DNA of 64,000 nucleotides from a bacterium (lineage in GTDB: Bacteria > SAR324 > NAC60-12), in assembly GCA_965209155.1 (NCBI GenBank), contig OZ242383.1:3520001-3584000 (forward strand), read 5' to 3'. A model generated the notes under the pieces. The model was not told the origin of the DNA. It saw only the letters and a list, made by a program, of their open reading frames with translations, and ran no database searches. Position numbers and translations under genes: made by a program. Of this stretch, positions 20,586 through 31,604 are shown one piece after another (within the stretch, counting starts at the first letter, position 1; each line of letters starts with the position of its first letter).

Positions 20586-23177
20586 ATGAACCCACAAAAG
20601 ATGACGCAGCGAGTCTTAGAGGCGCTTGAAGGAGCCAATGCCGCGGCTATTCGCGGGAGAAACACGGAAATTTCGAATTGGCATTTATTGCAGGTGTTGT
20701 TGGAGCAGAAAGGCGGACTGCTTTCCAGGATGCTCGAGAAGATGGGTGAGGACGTTTCAGTCATGACGGAAGAGGTTCGTGGGAAGGTCAAGGAATTGCC
20801 TTCCATAATGAGAGGGGAAGCGCCCAGTCAAGTCTATGCCAGCGGAGGATTCAGCCAGACCTTGGTACGAGCAGAGGATGAAGCCCGGGCTTTCCAAGAT
20901 GAATACATCAGTGTCGAGCATATCTTTTTGGCATTGTTGGCGGAGGGGTCGAGAGGGGATGTTGGAAAATATTTCATACAAAAGGGCATTCAGCGTCAAG
21001 ACGTATTAGAGGTCTTGAAAGAGGTTCGAGGCAATCAACGCGTCAACTCCGCATACCCGGAGACAACCTACCAGGCCCTGGAGCAATACGGTAAAGACCT
21101 GACGCAGATGGCGCACCAGGGAAAATTGGATCCGGTGATAGGTCGGGACGATGAAATCCGCCGCGTGATCCAAGTCCTGTCCCGTCGTACGAAAAACAAT
21201 CCGGTTCTGATCGGGGAACCCGGGGTGGGGAAAACGGCCATTGTGGAAGGATTGGCGCAGCGGGTATCCCGTGGGGATATTCCGGAAAGTTTACGAGACA
21301 GGAAAATCATCGCGCTCGACATGGGAGCTTTGATTGCAGGAGCTAAATTCCGCGGAGAATTTGAAGAGCGCTTAAAAGCCGTTTTGCACGAAGTACAAAA
21401 ATCGGAAGGTAATTTGATACTCTTCATCGACGAATTGCACACCGTGGTTGGGACTGGTAAAGCAGAGGGGGCAATGGATGCCGGAAATCTCCTCAAACCC
21501 ATGTTGGCACGTGGTGAATTGCACTGCATCGGGGCAACAACCTTGGATGAGTATAAAAAATATATCGAAAAGGATCCTGCCTTGGAACGTCGTTTTCAAC
21601 AAGTACTGGTATCTCAACCGGACGTAACGGACAGCATTTCGATTTTGAGAGGATTGAAAGAACGATATGAAATCCACCATGGAGTGCGCATCAAAGACAG
21701 TGCATTGATTGCAGGCGCTACCCTCTCCCATCGATATATAAATGACCGCTTTCTTCCAGATAAAGCCATTGATTTAATTGATGAAGCTGCCGCGAAACTG
21801 AGAGTAGAAATTGATTCAATGCCCTCCGAAATGGATGAGATTTCCCGCCGTGTGCTCCAATTGGAAATTGAGCAGGAAGCCCTCAAGAAGGAGGAAGATT
21901 CTGCCTCCAAAGCGCGACTGGAACAGCACTCCAAAGAACTGGCAGAGTTGAAGAATCAGCTCGATGTCCTCACAATCCAGTGGAAAACAGAAAAAGAAGA
22001 ATTGCACCAGGTGAGAAATCTCAAAGAAGAGATAGAGCAAGTCCGTCTCAAAATTGAACAAGCCAAACGAGGGTACAACCTGGAAGAAGCCGCTCAACTC
22101 GAGTATGGAAAACTTCCCGAGTTGGAAAAGCGGCTTGAAAAATACCAACACGCAGAAGATTCAACGAAAACGCGTTTACTGAAGGAAGAAGTCGATGCGG
22201 AAGACGTGGCAGAGATTGTTGCCCGGTGGACAGGAATTCCCGTGCAAAAAATGCTGGAAGGGGAGTCGGAAAAGTTGTTGAAACTTCCCGAGCATCTGCA
22301 CCAACGTGTTATAGGTCAGGAAGAAGCCGTCCAAAGCGTTTCAGATGCCGTCCTTCGCGCGCGTTCCGGCATTAAAGACCCCATGCGTCCCATTGGAAGT
22401 TTTATTTTTTTGGGTTCAACCGGGGTTGGTAAAACAGAATTGGCACGAGCCTTGGCGGAATTTTTATTCGATGACGAGCAGAACATGATCCGCATCGATA
22501 TGTCGGAGTATATGGAAAAGCATGCAGTCGCGCGATTGATTGGCGCCCCTCCGGGTTACGTGGGGTACGAAGAGGGTGGGCAATTGACCGAAGCAGTGCG
22601 CCGTCGCCCTTACAGCGTTGTTTTGTTTGATGAAATTGAAAAAGCCCACCATGACGTCTTCCATGTTTTGTTGCAACTGATGGATGACGGACGTTTGACG
22701 GATTCCCAAGGAAGAACTGTTGATTTTAAAAACACGTTGGTCATCATGACTTCCAACCTGGGAAATCATTTACTTAGAGGAAAGGCATCTCCTGATTTTT
22801 CTACGGCAAGGAATGCAGTGGAACAAGAGTTGCGCAGACATTTCAAACCGGAGTTTCTCAATCGCGTTGATGACGTCATTCTCTTTCATCCCCTTGAACG
22901 GGAGCAGATCAAAGCCATTGTAGCTATTCAATTGCATTCGCTGCAGAAAAGGTTGTCGAATCGTCGAATCCAACTGCTTCTCAGTGAGCGAGCAACCGCT
23001 TTATTGGCGGAGCTGGGATTCGACCCCGTCTACGGAGCGAGACCCTTGAAACGAGCGATTCAAAACGAGATCGAAACTCCCCTGGCCAGGGAAATCCTCG
23101 CGGGAACCATCATGGATGGTCAACAAATTCTCGCGGATGTCGAGAAAGGAGCGATCGTCTTCCACAAAGAGAATTGA
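20586..23177 (+). CDS. clpB: Chaperone ClpB
   Basis: Two AAA modules ([16 protein letters not shown]), long coiled-coil middle domain, GARPL. Confidence 0.97.
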   Translation: MNPQKMTQRVLEALEGANAAAIRGRNTEISNWHLLQVLLEQKGGLLSRMLEKMGEDVSVMTEEVRGKVKELPSIMRGEAPSQVYASGGFSQTLVRAEDEARAFQDEYISVEHIFLALLAEGSRGDVGKYFIQKGIQRQDVLEVLKEVRGNQRVNSAYPETTYQALEQYGKDLTQMAHQGKLDPVIGRDDEIRRVIQVLSRRTKNNPVLIGEPGVGKTAIVEGLAQRVSRGDIPESLRDRKIIALDMGALIAGAKFRGEFEERLKAVLHEVQKSEGNLILFIDELHTVVGTGKAEGAMDAGNLLKPMLARGELHCIGATTLDEYKKYIEKDPALERRFQQVLVSQPDVTDSISILRGLKERYEIHHGVRIKDSALIAGATLSHRYINDRFLPDKAIDLIDEAAAKLRVEIDSMPSEMDEISRRVLQLEIEQEALKKEEDSASKARLEQHSKELAELKNQLDVLTIQWKTEKEELHQVRNLKEEIEQVRLKIEQAKRGYNLEEAAQLEYGKLPELEKRLEKYQHAEDSTKTRLLKEEVDAEDVAEIVARWTGIPVQKMLEGESEKLLKLPEHLHQRVIGQEEAVQSVSDAVLRARSGIKDPMRPIGSFIFLGSTGVGKTELARALAEFLFDDEQNMIRIDMSEYMEKHAVARLIGAPPGYVGYEEGGQLTEAVRRRPYSVVLFDEIEKAHHDVFHVLLQLMDDGRLTDSQGRTVDFKNTLVIMTSNLGNHLLRGKASPDFSTARNAVEQELRRHFKPEFLNRVDDVILFHPLEREQIKAIVAIQLHSLQKRLSNRRIQLLLSERATALLAELGFDPVYGARPLKRAIQNEIETPLAREILAGTIMDGQQILADVEKGAIVFHKEN

Positions 23178-23209
23178 AACCGAAACATAAGAAGATGGTA
23201 TTGGCTGGT

Positions 23210-23536
23210 TCAACGTGCCATTTGGTCGTATTTTTCACCGGGAAGTTCTTCATCTTCTAAACTGGACATTCGGTTTCCTGCTTGCGTCTTGGATTTCCAG
23301 TTGTCCGTTAAACTCACAGCTTCCTCCCGCAGGTCGGCAACCTGACGCAGGGTATAGCTGTATTGGCGGCACACTTCCATCAAACGACCGCCCGGGATGA
23401 ACTCGGGAGAATTCTGAAAATCCTCGAATTCTTCAACCGGCATGATATAAACGTGACGCATTGCCTCGGGAGAGAGATATATAATGGGATTATCATCCGA
23501 TTCCTGTAATGCATTCCATCGGGGAAGCCAACTCAT
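23210..23536 (-). CDS. Hypothetical protein (108 aa)
   Basis: AGGAG RBS and open frame. Confidence 0.6.
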   Translation of the reverse strand: MSWLPRWNALQESDDNPIIYLSPEAMRHVYIMPVEEFEDFQNSPEFIPGGRLMEVCRQYSYTLRQVADLREEAVSLTDNWKSKTQAGNRMSSLEDEELPGEKYDQMAR

Positions 23537-23648
23537 AATTGCACTCCTGCTGTAGTATAGGGTCTCATCTTCTTTCTTCCCATGATCACCATGATGCTAA
23601 GAACTTGCTAGAAATATGCCATTTTTTGCAGTTCCATTCGTGAAAAGT

Positions 23649-24587
23649 CTACAGCTTCATCTGTCCGTCGATCACCGCTCGTTTTTCGCTGTCGGACATA
23701 GTTTCCCAGTTTTTACGAAACCGGTAGCGGACGGGACCGGATTTCTCTTGCCAACCCATCGTATCGTCATAATTCATCAGTTGCCGGAACCGGTCGTCGT
23801 TTCGTGACAGCATTTCTTCGCTGAGACGACCATGAAAGTTTTCCTGGATGCGGTAATGCCTGCCACAGTAATCCGCGTTGACCGATAAGCGCAGGCCGGG
23901 ATTGACCCGGGGAAAGGCGCCGTGCCAGAGATTGCCATGAAAAACAAGCACGGATCCGGCAGGCGCTTCCACCGCAACCGCATCCTCGACACCCTCCATC
24001 GGTTTTGGATGCCGGCAAAGCTTATGGGAACCGGGTATGATGCATAATGCGCCGTTGTCTTTGGTGTAGTCGGTGAGAATCCAATTGCTGTTGCACTTGT
24101 GCACTCCAACGGCAGGCAACACCGGGCCTGGATACAATATCGTATCGTCGTGGAGTCCCAGGTTTTTTCCATAACCATCAGGATCCTGCCATTTGATGAA
24201 ACTGCTCAACGAAGACAACTGACAGTCCACTCCAAGAAAGTATTCGATCAAAGGTAAAGTCATCGGGTGTTGCACGACCTCCTCGAAGACCGGGTCTTCT
24301 TCAAAAAAAGTAAAGAGGATGTACTGGCTGTTGTTGGTGCCTTCTCCAATCAGGGTGCCGTGCTCGCCGGTTTCGATATCGTGTTTGACGCCAGTTCGTT
24401 CTTCCGCGATTCTCAGGATAGCAGCCCGCATGCGCTCCAGCAGGGAGTTTCCTCCTATTTTTTCTGGTGGAATCACGGTCAATCCATAAGATTCCAGCTC
24501 TTCCAGGTGCCCCAAGAGCCCCCGTTCTTTAATCCGTTGGTAGGCGGGAGAGATAGTTTTCAGTTGAGACCAGTGTTTTGTGCTCAT
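23649..24587 (-). CDS. Phytanoyl-CoA dioxygenase (PhyH) family Fe/2OG oxygenase
   Basis: HxD (LHDD), NGAL..PGSH, WHG..R. Confidence 0.88.
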   Translation of the reverse strand: MSTKHWSQLKTISPAYQRIKERGLLGHLEELESYGLTVIPPEKIGGNSLLERMRAAILRIAEERTGVKHDIETGEHGTLIGEGTNNSQYILFTFFEEDPVFEEVVQHPMTLPLIEYFLGVDCQLSSLSSFIKWQDPDGYGKNLGLHDDTILYPGPVLPAVGVHKCNSNWILTDYTKDNGALCIIPGSHKLCRHPKPMEGVEDAVAVEAPAGSVLVFHGNLWHGAFPRVNPGLRLSVNADYCGRHYRIQENFHGRLSEEMLSRNDDRFRQLMNYDDTMGWQEKSGPVRYRFRKNWETMSDSEKRAVIDGQMKL

Positions 24588-24604
24588 GAGTTTCTTCCTG
24601 TTTC

Positions 24605-25605
24605 TTATGCCTCTTTCGGGGTAACGGCTTGTTTCAGACGCTCCTTCATGGCAACTGTGGCTTCTTCTGTACCTTCGTGCCAGGTGTCAAACCAGTGATC
24701 AAATGGTGTATCGGGTGCCCCATAGTTACATTCGAAGTAGCGATGGTGCAGGAAATGAAAATTGTCATGGAATTTGTAAGCTTTCTGACCAATCACGATT
24801 TTCTCAAACCCGCTGTGTCCCCACACCGGAGCGAGACCGGTGTGCTGGGCATGGAACAACGCATGCACCGGATGAGAAGGAATGATCCAGTGGAGAGCAA
24901 CCCCGGAAAAGTAGATCAAGTGCTCTATAGGGTGCATCGAGAGACCGGACCAGGGACCAGTGTTGGTATACTTATGATGCAGGTAGTGAGCGATCCTGTA
25001 GAGGGGTTTCCAGTGGGTCCACCTGTGGGTAAAATAAAAATGATGCGCCCGGATGAAGGGAATCGCAATGAAAAGCAAAGTACAATAGATGGGAGATTCC
25101 AGCCAGTTTACCGGGAAAAGCATATATCCGTTGGCAAACATCCAGTAGGTCACTGCCTCATAGAGCGTCCAGATACCACATCCACTGACGATCCCCCAAA
25201 ACATATTTTCCTTCGTCTGGTCACGAAATAGAAAGACGGAATTGTTCTTTTCCGGCCAATTGAATTGAACTTGAATCGGGTCCCTTGAGCTTTGCGGATA
25301 TAAAACCAATAATGCATGGCCCCATTGAGTAAACACAAGAGAACCACATTCCGAAGGTAGAGTATCAAAATCCAATCCAAGGCAAAGGTTTTCATGGTCG
25401 CCATGCTGGGAGTCAGAAAAAACCAGGTGACGAGGGGAATCCCAAAATGAAAAAGGCTGATAGGACTGAAGAGGTAACTTTTCAGCCACTTGAGCGTCTC
25501 CCGAAGTCGAATGGGCCAGAGAAACAACCCTGTCAATTTGACCGGTTCGGGTTTCCATTCCTCATACGCTTCTGGACGGGGTATAGTGGAATCTGTCATT
25601 TGCAT
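24605..25605 (-). pseudogene. Sterol desaturase/fatty-acid hydroxylase family, split by a 1-nt frameshift near 25260
   Basis: His boxes HFYFTHR, HYLHH, HFLHH lie in ORF 24605-. The N-terminal TM part is in ORF -25605. Frames join at FKFN/WPEKN. Confidence 0.78.
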
Positions 25606-25618
25606 TTCCTTTCAATAG

Positions 25619-25805
25619 GCGAATCAGGAGTTAAAAAACGTGTCATTCCTGAGAAGCTTGTCCTCGCTAAACTTGTCCTCGCGAAAGCGGGGAGCGGGGA
25701 GCGGGGAGCAGGAATCCAGGGGTATGCAACCAGACAGAAATCTGGATCCTCGCTCCCTGCTCCCGCGAGGATGACATATACGCTTGGATACTCCTATATT
25801 AAGAT
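25619..25805. repeat. Composite palindromic miniature element (family B left end plus family A modules)
   Basis: Begins GCGAATCAGGAGTTAAAAAACGTGTCATTCCTG like 30442. The right part matches the reverse complement of 33979-34020. Confidence 0.7.
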
Positions 25806-25956
25806 ATAGGTCAAACTCTGGTAAAAATACCACAGAAAAATAAAAAGTATATTCCTTTTTTAGGAATCAATGCTACAATTTATCCTCAGGCTCATATGAT
25901 ATTCAAGAGAATACTGTTCGGTCTTTCTTGCGGATTCCCTCACCTGACAGGCCCCA

Positions 25957-26517
25957 ATGCGTATACCAATCCCTCTTGCCCTGTTATTTTTATGTTTTCT
26001 GTTTTTTTGCCCCGTATCCGGCCAGGCTGATCAGAATGATCCGGAATTGGTTATACTTTTTAAGCGATTGCATGACCTTCCGGGACGATTTGAAACCCGC
26101 AGAATCGAATCAAGAATATGGGAAATCTGGATCGAGCATGAGCGCAGGGACGTGAATGAACTGATGCGTCAAGGCATACGCGCCTTGCGCATTGGCCATT
26201 ATCGAACGGCTTTGTTTTTTTTCGATAAAATCGTCAAACTGGTCCCCGAATTCGCGGAAGGTTGGAACAAGCGCGCCACCGTGCATTATTATCTGCAAAA
26301 CTATGAAGCGTCGCTTGCGGATATTGAACGCACCCTGGCACTGGAACCTCGACACTTTGGCGCGATTTCCGGACTGGGACTGGTCTATATAGCTCAAGAA
26401 AAATATATGGAAGCTCTACAAGCATATGAAGACGTACTGAAAGTCCATCCCACGCTGGAGGGCGCAAAAATTAACAGCATCAGGTTGCGGGAAATGCTCG
26501 AGAAACAAATACTTTGA
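25957..26517 (+). CDS. Exported TPR protein
   Basis: Signal peptide, PEFAEGWNKRAT, LEPRHFGA.GLG. Confidence 0.88.
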   Translation: MRIPIPLALLFLCFLFFCPVSGQADQNDPELVILFKRLHDLPGRFETRRIESRIWEIWIEHERRDVNELMRQGIRALRIGHYRTALFFFDKIVKLVPEFAEGWNKRATVHYYLQNYEASLADIERTLALEPRHFGAISGLGLVYIAQEKYMEALQAYEDVLKVHPTLEGAKINSIRLREMLEKQIL

Positions 26518-26670
26518 ATTCCTACGAGAACCGTCCCTTTTTTACGCACCTCTTGACCAGCTTGAGGTTATCGCCGGAATTCCCAACCGGATGAGATCTC
26601 GAGCTTTATTTCTCAACCGGCCGTAGCAGGAATCCGGAAAGAGTTAAATTCTCCAAATGGAGTCGATTGT

Positions 26671-27651
26671 TTATGCAGGGGTCCAGGCGAGGGCTCGGAT
26701 CTCACCGAAGGTGCGCCGTAGTAAATCCCAACTGTCTCCTCCATCCGTGGAGAGGAATATTTGTCCAAACACGGTATAGGCATAAATTCGATTCGGATCG
26801 GAAGGATGGACGGCGAAATCCCAAACGGTCGAATTCGGTTCAACAGGCAGGTCCAGTTTCTGCCAGCTTTTTCCAGCATCTTGCGAACGCCAACCCGCCC
26901 CATAAGATCCTGGAGGGGCATCCCCATTTCCCATGAATAGTACTTCAGGACGACCCGGCATTTCTTTGATCCCCCGGCAATAGGTCCAGGGGAAATCCTT
27001 ATTGACGTTTTGTGGATGCCAGCTTTCTCCATCGTCCGTGCTCAGGTTCAAATTGTTATCCGTCACCACCAACAGCGATTGGGCGCTGCCGTTTCCCGGC
27101 ACGATGGCCATCCCGTGGATGTCCAGCGAGGACAAGCCGTCGATGAATTGAGTCCATGTTTTACCACTGTCGTCACTGCGGTACAATCCGTCGATTTCCA
27201 CCCCGGCCCAGACTCGACCCGGGATATAGGGATCGGGTTTCAGGACGGTTACCCGGTTGTGTACGATATAGTCGCAATGCTGGTTCATTCCGACATTGAG
27301 ACACTCCCAAGTATCGCCTCCGTCCGTAGAACGAAACAAATCCGGCGGCCAGGTTCCTGCCAGCACGACCTGGGGATCGTCCGGTAAAATGGCCAGGGAC
27401 CAAATCGCGCGGTCGTCCATGCCACTGTCGAGCCGGTGCCACTCTTCCCCTCCATCCGTCGTACGCATGCAACCTTCATTGGTGCCCGCGAATAGTATCC
27501 GAGGATTGTCGGGATGCACCGCCAACGCCCGCACTTCGCATTCTACGTATATGTCGGGAGACATATTCACGTTCCAGTTATGTCCCCCATTCACGCTGCG
27601 CCATACGAATTGACCGATGGCACCTATGTATACTCTGGTATTGTCATTCAT
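26671..27651 (-). CDS. BNR/Asp-box beta-propeller (YCF48-like) protein
   Basis: Repeated SxDGGxxW Asp boxes. GAGGAG RBS before ATG 27651. Confidence 0.85.
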   Translation of the reverse strand: MNDNTRVYIGAIGQFVWRSVNGGHNWNVNMSPDIYVECEVRALAVHPDNPRILFAGTNEGCMRTTDGGEEWHRLDSGMDDRAIWSLAILPDDPQVVLAGTWPPDLFRSTDGGDTWECLNVGMNQHCDYIVHNRVTVLKPDPYIPGRVWAGVEIDGLYRSDDSGKTWTQFIDGLSSLDIHGMAIVPGNGSAQSLLVVTDNNLNLSTDDGESWHPQNVNKDFPWTYCRGIKEMPGRPEVLFMGNGDAPPGSYGAGWRSQDAGKSWQKLDLPVEPNSTVWDFAVHPSDPNRIYAYTVFGQIFLSTDGGDSWDLLRRTFGEIRALAWTPA

Positions 27652-27882
27652 GATTATCTCCTCTAATTTCTTAATAATCTTTTTGAAAATATCTTTAATA
27701 GCCCCCTGCATTGGAGTTGTCAAGAAAATTCAACCGGGGGTACGATTTTCTTTAAAAAATTCTTCCCCTCCGTCCGATTCAATTACTCCGACTGTATTTT
27801 TTCTTGACTTCTCCCAGTCGAGGGGTTATCAAAGCATTCCATACGAACCAAATTCATTTTGTTTACTGATGAAAGGTTACCG

Positions 27883-29151
27883 ATGAACGAAAAAATCAAA
27901 GGGGGATTGGATTTGCAACGGCTCCGGAGGATCAATCCGATCATGGAAAATTATATAGCCAACACCCACTTACCGGGAATAGTAACTCTGCTTTATCGCA
28001 AGGGGGACCTGGCGTACCAACAGGCATTTGGTTACCTGGACCTGGAACAACGTCACCCTTTAACCAACGATGCCATATTTCGCATCTATTCCATGACCAA
28101 ACCTATCACCTGCGTCGCCCTGTTAATGCTTTACGAGCAAGGAAAATTCCAACTTTTCGATCCGGTTTCCTGGTACATTCCCGATTTTAGTAAGTTAAAA
28201 GTTTTTAGCGACGAAATGAGGCACCGCCGCAACCAGGTCAATAAACGAATCGTGTTCCGCGACTCGAACTTGGTTGATCCAAACCGGGAAGTGACGATCT
28301 GCGATTTGCTGACCCATACTTCCGGATTGACATATACGTTTTTGGAATATGGCCCGGTCGAAGAGATGTACCGGGAAAATGGGATCGCTTCCGAAAAACC
28401 TCTGGAAGAATTCGTAGCCGATTTGCTGCAGGTGCCTTTGGCATTTCATCCGGGTTCCGAATGGCGCTACAGTTTTTCTCATGATGTGGTCGCCCGCTTG
28501 ATCGAGGTGCTGAGTGATCAGCCTTTGGACCAATTTCTCGACGAAAAGATTTTCCAACCCCTGAACATGCCTGACACTGCCTTTTATGTCCCTGAGGAAA
28601 AACACGATCGATTTGTTTCATTGATTGGCGTAGGCGACTCCGGGATTTCCAAATCGAGCAGGACCTGGGAATTGGCGGACCAAAATCAAATTCGCACCTT
28701 ATCCAAACCGGAAAAAGATCTGGAATTCCACAAGCATGGGATTTTCCGGGGCGGCCATGGTCTGGTCTCCACTGCAGCCGATTACCTGCAATTCTGTCGG
28801 ATGCTCCTCAATCAGGGAGAGTTGGAAGGAGAAAGGATTTTGGGGAGAAAAACCATTGAATTGATGACCACCAATCATCTTCCCCCGTCATTATTGCCCT
28901 TCGATATCAACGGCAATGTATTTAAGGGTTATGGTTATGGTTTGGGAGTGCGAGTCCTTATTGATGTGGGACGGAGTCAGTTACCCGGATCTTTGGGTGA
29001 ATATGGCTGGGGTGGTGCGGCTTCAACTTACTTTTGGATCGATCCCAGGGAAGAGTTTATCGGCATTATCCTTTCTCAATTGATGCCGGAAGGGTATTAT
29101 GCAGTCAGTGATGATTTCCGCGTTCTGGCCTATCAAGCCATTGTTGACTGA
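27883..29151 (+). CDS. Serine hydrolase (beta-lactamase-like esterase family)
   Basis: IFRIYSMTK (SxxK), LLTHTSG, WRYS, WGGAA. Confidence 0.9.
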   Translation: MNEKIKGGLDLQRLRRINPIMENYIANTHLPGIVTLLYRKGDLAYQQAFGYLDLEQRHPLTNDAIFRIYSMTKPITCVALLMLYEQGKFQLFDPVSWYIPDFSKLKVFSDEMRHRRNQVNKRIVFRDSNLVDPNREVTICDLLTHTSGLTYTFLEYGPVEEMYRENGIASEKPLEEFVADLLQVPLAFHPGSEWRYSFSHDVVARLIEVLSDQPLDQFLDEKIFQPLNMPDTAFYVPEEKHDRFVSLIGVGDSGISKSSRTWELADQNQIRTLSKPEKDLEFHKHGIFRGGHGLVSTAADYLQFCRMLLNQGELEGERILGRKTIELMTTNHLPPSLLPFDINGNVFKGYGYGLGVRVLIDVGRSQLPGSLGEYGWGGAASTYFWIDPREEFIGIILSQLMPEGYYAVSDDFRVLAYQAIVD

Positions 29152-29204
29152 ATTGAGAAACATGTTCAATACGACCTTTAGCAATAAAAATTAATAACGC
29201 AATT

Positions 29205-30227
29205 ATGAAATCCGTGGATGAACTGAAAACCTGGTTAGCGCAAGTCAAGGAAGACATTGTCGATCCCGAAAGACGGATGGTCGATGCCCACCATCACTTG
29301 TGGCGCAAGGATCATCGTCGTGAACAATACCTCGTGGAAGACTTGTGGGAAGATACGGAGAGTGGCCACCACATTGAGCAAACCGTCTTCGTCGAATGCA
29401 GGGCGGATTATTTCACGGAGGGGCCCACCATGATGAGACCGGTGGGAGAGACAGAATTTGTTGCGCAAGCGATTGAACAGACTCACTCCAATCCCGGTGC
29501 AGCTCAGGTAGGCGCCATTGTCGGCCATGCCGATTTGACTCGAGGCGCAGCGATTCAAGAAGTTTTACAAGCTCACATTGATGCAGGGAAAGGATGGTTT
29601 CGGGGAATTCGCCACCATGGCAGTTGGAGCGCGAGTGAAGCCATTGAAAATTCCCATCTCGATATTCCACCCAATCTTTACACCAATCCAAAATTCCAGG
29701 AAGGATTTGCTTGCCTGGCACCATTGGGACTGAGTTTCGACGCCTGGTTGTATCACCCCGATATTCCTGATGTAACAGAACTCGCCCTGAAATTTCCGGA
29801 AACGACTATCATCCTGGACCACTTGGGAGCTCCCCTCGGAATCGGCCCCTATGCCAAATATCGTGATGAAGTTTTTCACAAGTGGAAACAAGATATAACC
29901 AATCTCGCCCGGTGCGCAAACGTGTTCGCAAAACTCGGTGGTATGGCTATGCCCATCAATGGATTTGGCTGGAATATGGCGGAAAAACCTGCCACTTCTG
30001 AGGAAATCGTATCAGCCCACAGTCCTTATTACCTGCATATGATCGAAATCTTCGGCCCCGAGCGTTGTTTGTTCGAAAGTAATTTTCCCGTAGAAAAAGT
30101 CTCGCTTTCTTATCACGTGCTCTGGAATGCCTTTAAAAAGATTGCAGCCCGTTTTTCCGAATCCGAACAGGATTCCCTCTTACGGGGCACTGCCGTGCGG
30201 GTCTACCGTATGGAGGAGAGACCATGA
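29205..30227 (+). CDS. Amidohydrolase-2 family protein
   Basis: DAHHHLW, FRGIR, ILDHLG, FESNFPV. Confidence 0.9.
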   Translation: MKSVDELKTWLAQVKEDIVDPERRMVDAHHHLWRKDHRREQYLVEDLWEDTESGHHIEQTVFVECRADYFTEGPTMMRPVGETEFVAQAIEQTHSNPGAAQVGAIVGHADLTRGAAIQEVLQAHIDAGKGWFRGIRHHGSWSASEAIENSHLDIPPNLYTNPKFQEGFACLAPLGLSFDAWLYHPDIPDVTELALKFPETTIILDHLGAPLGIGPYAKYRDEVFHKWKQDITNLARCANVFAKLGGMAMPINGFGWNMAEKPATSEEIVSAHSPYYLHMIEIFGPERCLFESNFPVEKVSLSYHVLWNAFKKIAARFSESEQDSLLRGTAVRVYRMEERP

Positions 30228-30441
30228 TTGATTTTACCGGGACAGGAAGGATCCGAATTGTTTATGAAACAACCACGAATTATATGCTAATATCAGACAT
30301 TGCCAGGCAGTCGGTCGAGGGAACGGTCAGGGAAGCGGGAATGGCGTTTTTTCAGAGTTGATCCGGGTGTTGGTCGCCATAATCCCGGAAAATTCTCAAT
30401 AATGTATTAAAACAGGAAATTCTCAATATTGTATAAAGAAG

Positions 30442-30590
30442 ATGCGAATCAGGAGTTAAAAAACGTGTCATTCCTGGCTTGACCAGGAATCCAGGGAAAT
30501 ACGGGCGAGTTTGGATGCCGGATCATGCTGACACATCAATAATATAATATTTTTGATTTTATATATTAAATTTCAATATTTGATTCGCAT
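30442..30590. mobile_element. Miniature inverted-repeat element, family B
   Basis: TIR ATGCGAATCA.../...TGATTCGCAT and internal hairpin ATTCCTGG-CTTGA-CCAGGAAT. Confidence 0.75.
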
Positions 30591-30608
30591 AAAAGAAGAA
30601 AGGAATCA

Positions 30609-31604
30609 ATGAGTTCGAAGGAAAAACCCAGAGTAGTTGTTTCGTTACCCCTTGAAGATGACCTCAAATCTCAAATTGAGGAAGTCTGCGAAGTCAAATA
30701 TGTAGACATCCGTGCGTCACGCGCCGAATTGCTGGCAGCAATTCAGAACGTGGTGGGGGTGCTCGGAACGCCACTGATCACCGTCGATGACGAATTTTTC
30801 GACACTGCGCCTGAATTGAAAGTATTTTCCACGCAAAGCGTGGGATACGACCCCGTCGACGTTCCCGAAGCAACGCGACGCGGGGTGCTGATCGGTCACA
30901 CGCCAGGAGTGCTCAACAACGCGGTGGCGAATTTGACCATGACGATGATCCTCGGGCTGGCTCAAAAACTGTTTCAACACGAGCCTTTCGTCCGCAGTGG
31001 GGGATGGGCTCGCAAAGAGACTCCTCCAGGTCTGGGGATCGACGTGCAAGGCAAGACCCTGGGAGTGATTGGCTTTGGCCGTATCGGACAAGAGGTCACT
31101 CGTCGTATGCAAGCGCTGAATATGCGAACCATCTGGTACGATGTGTTTGACAATTTACCGCCAGGGGCCCCCGATTGTGAATACCGGTCCCTGGATGCCT
31201 TGCTGGCAGAGTCCGACTTTGTCAGCTTGCATACCAACCTGGACGAATCGACTCGTCATCTCATTGGAGCAGCGGAATTGAGTAAGATGAAACCCACGGC
31301 GTACCTGGTCAATACGGCGCGGGGAGGATTGGTAGATCAAGTTGCCTTGACCAAAACATTGGAAAAAGGCAAGATTGCCGGTGCGGCACTCGACGTCTTT
31401 GAAAGAGAACCCAATGACCCGGACGATCCCATCGTACGGTTGCCCAATGTGATCTGTTTCCCCCACATTGGCAGCGCTACTCACGAAACTCGCCGCGCCA
31501 TGCGTGAGTTGGCGGTCAAAAACCTGTTGAACGGGGTCCTCGGTGAAAAACTGCCTGCCGCAGTCAATCCCGAGGCACTCCACAAAATAAAGGAGAAAAA
31601 ATGA
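30609..31604 (+). CDS. D-2-hydroxyacid dehydrogenase (glyoxylate/hydroxypyruvate reductase-like)
   Basis: GFGRIG, NTARGG, LDVFEREP, PHIGSAT. Confidence 0.9.
   Translation: MSSKEKPRVVVSLPLEDDLKSQIEEVCEVKYVDIRASRAELLAAIQNVVGVLGTPLITVDDEFFDTAPELKVFSTQSVGYDPVDVPEATRRGVLIGHTPGVLNNAVANLTMTMILGLAQKLFQHEPFVRSGGWARKETPPGLGIDVQGKTLGVIGFGRIGQEVTRRMQALNMRTIWYDVFDNLPPGAPDCEYRSLDALLAESDFVSLHTNLDESTRHLIGAAELSKMKPTAYLVNTARGGLVDQVALTKTLEKGKIAGAALDVFEREPNDPDDPIVRLPNVICFPHIGSATHETRRAMRELAVKNLLNGVLGEKLPAAVNPEALHKIKEKK

Noticed and set aside
24605..25605. Programmed frameshift in the desaturase
   Set aside because: No slippery heptamer at the junction. A simple 1-nt loss or sequencing error is more parsimonious
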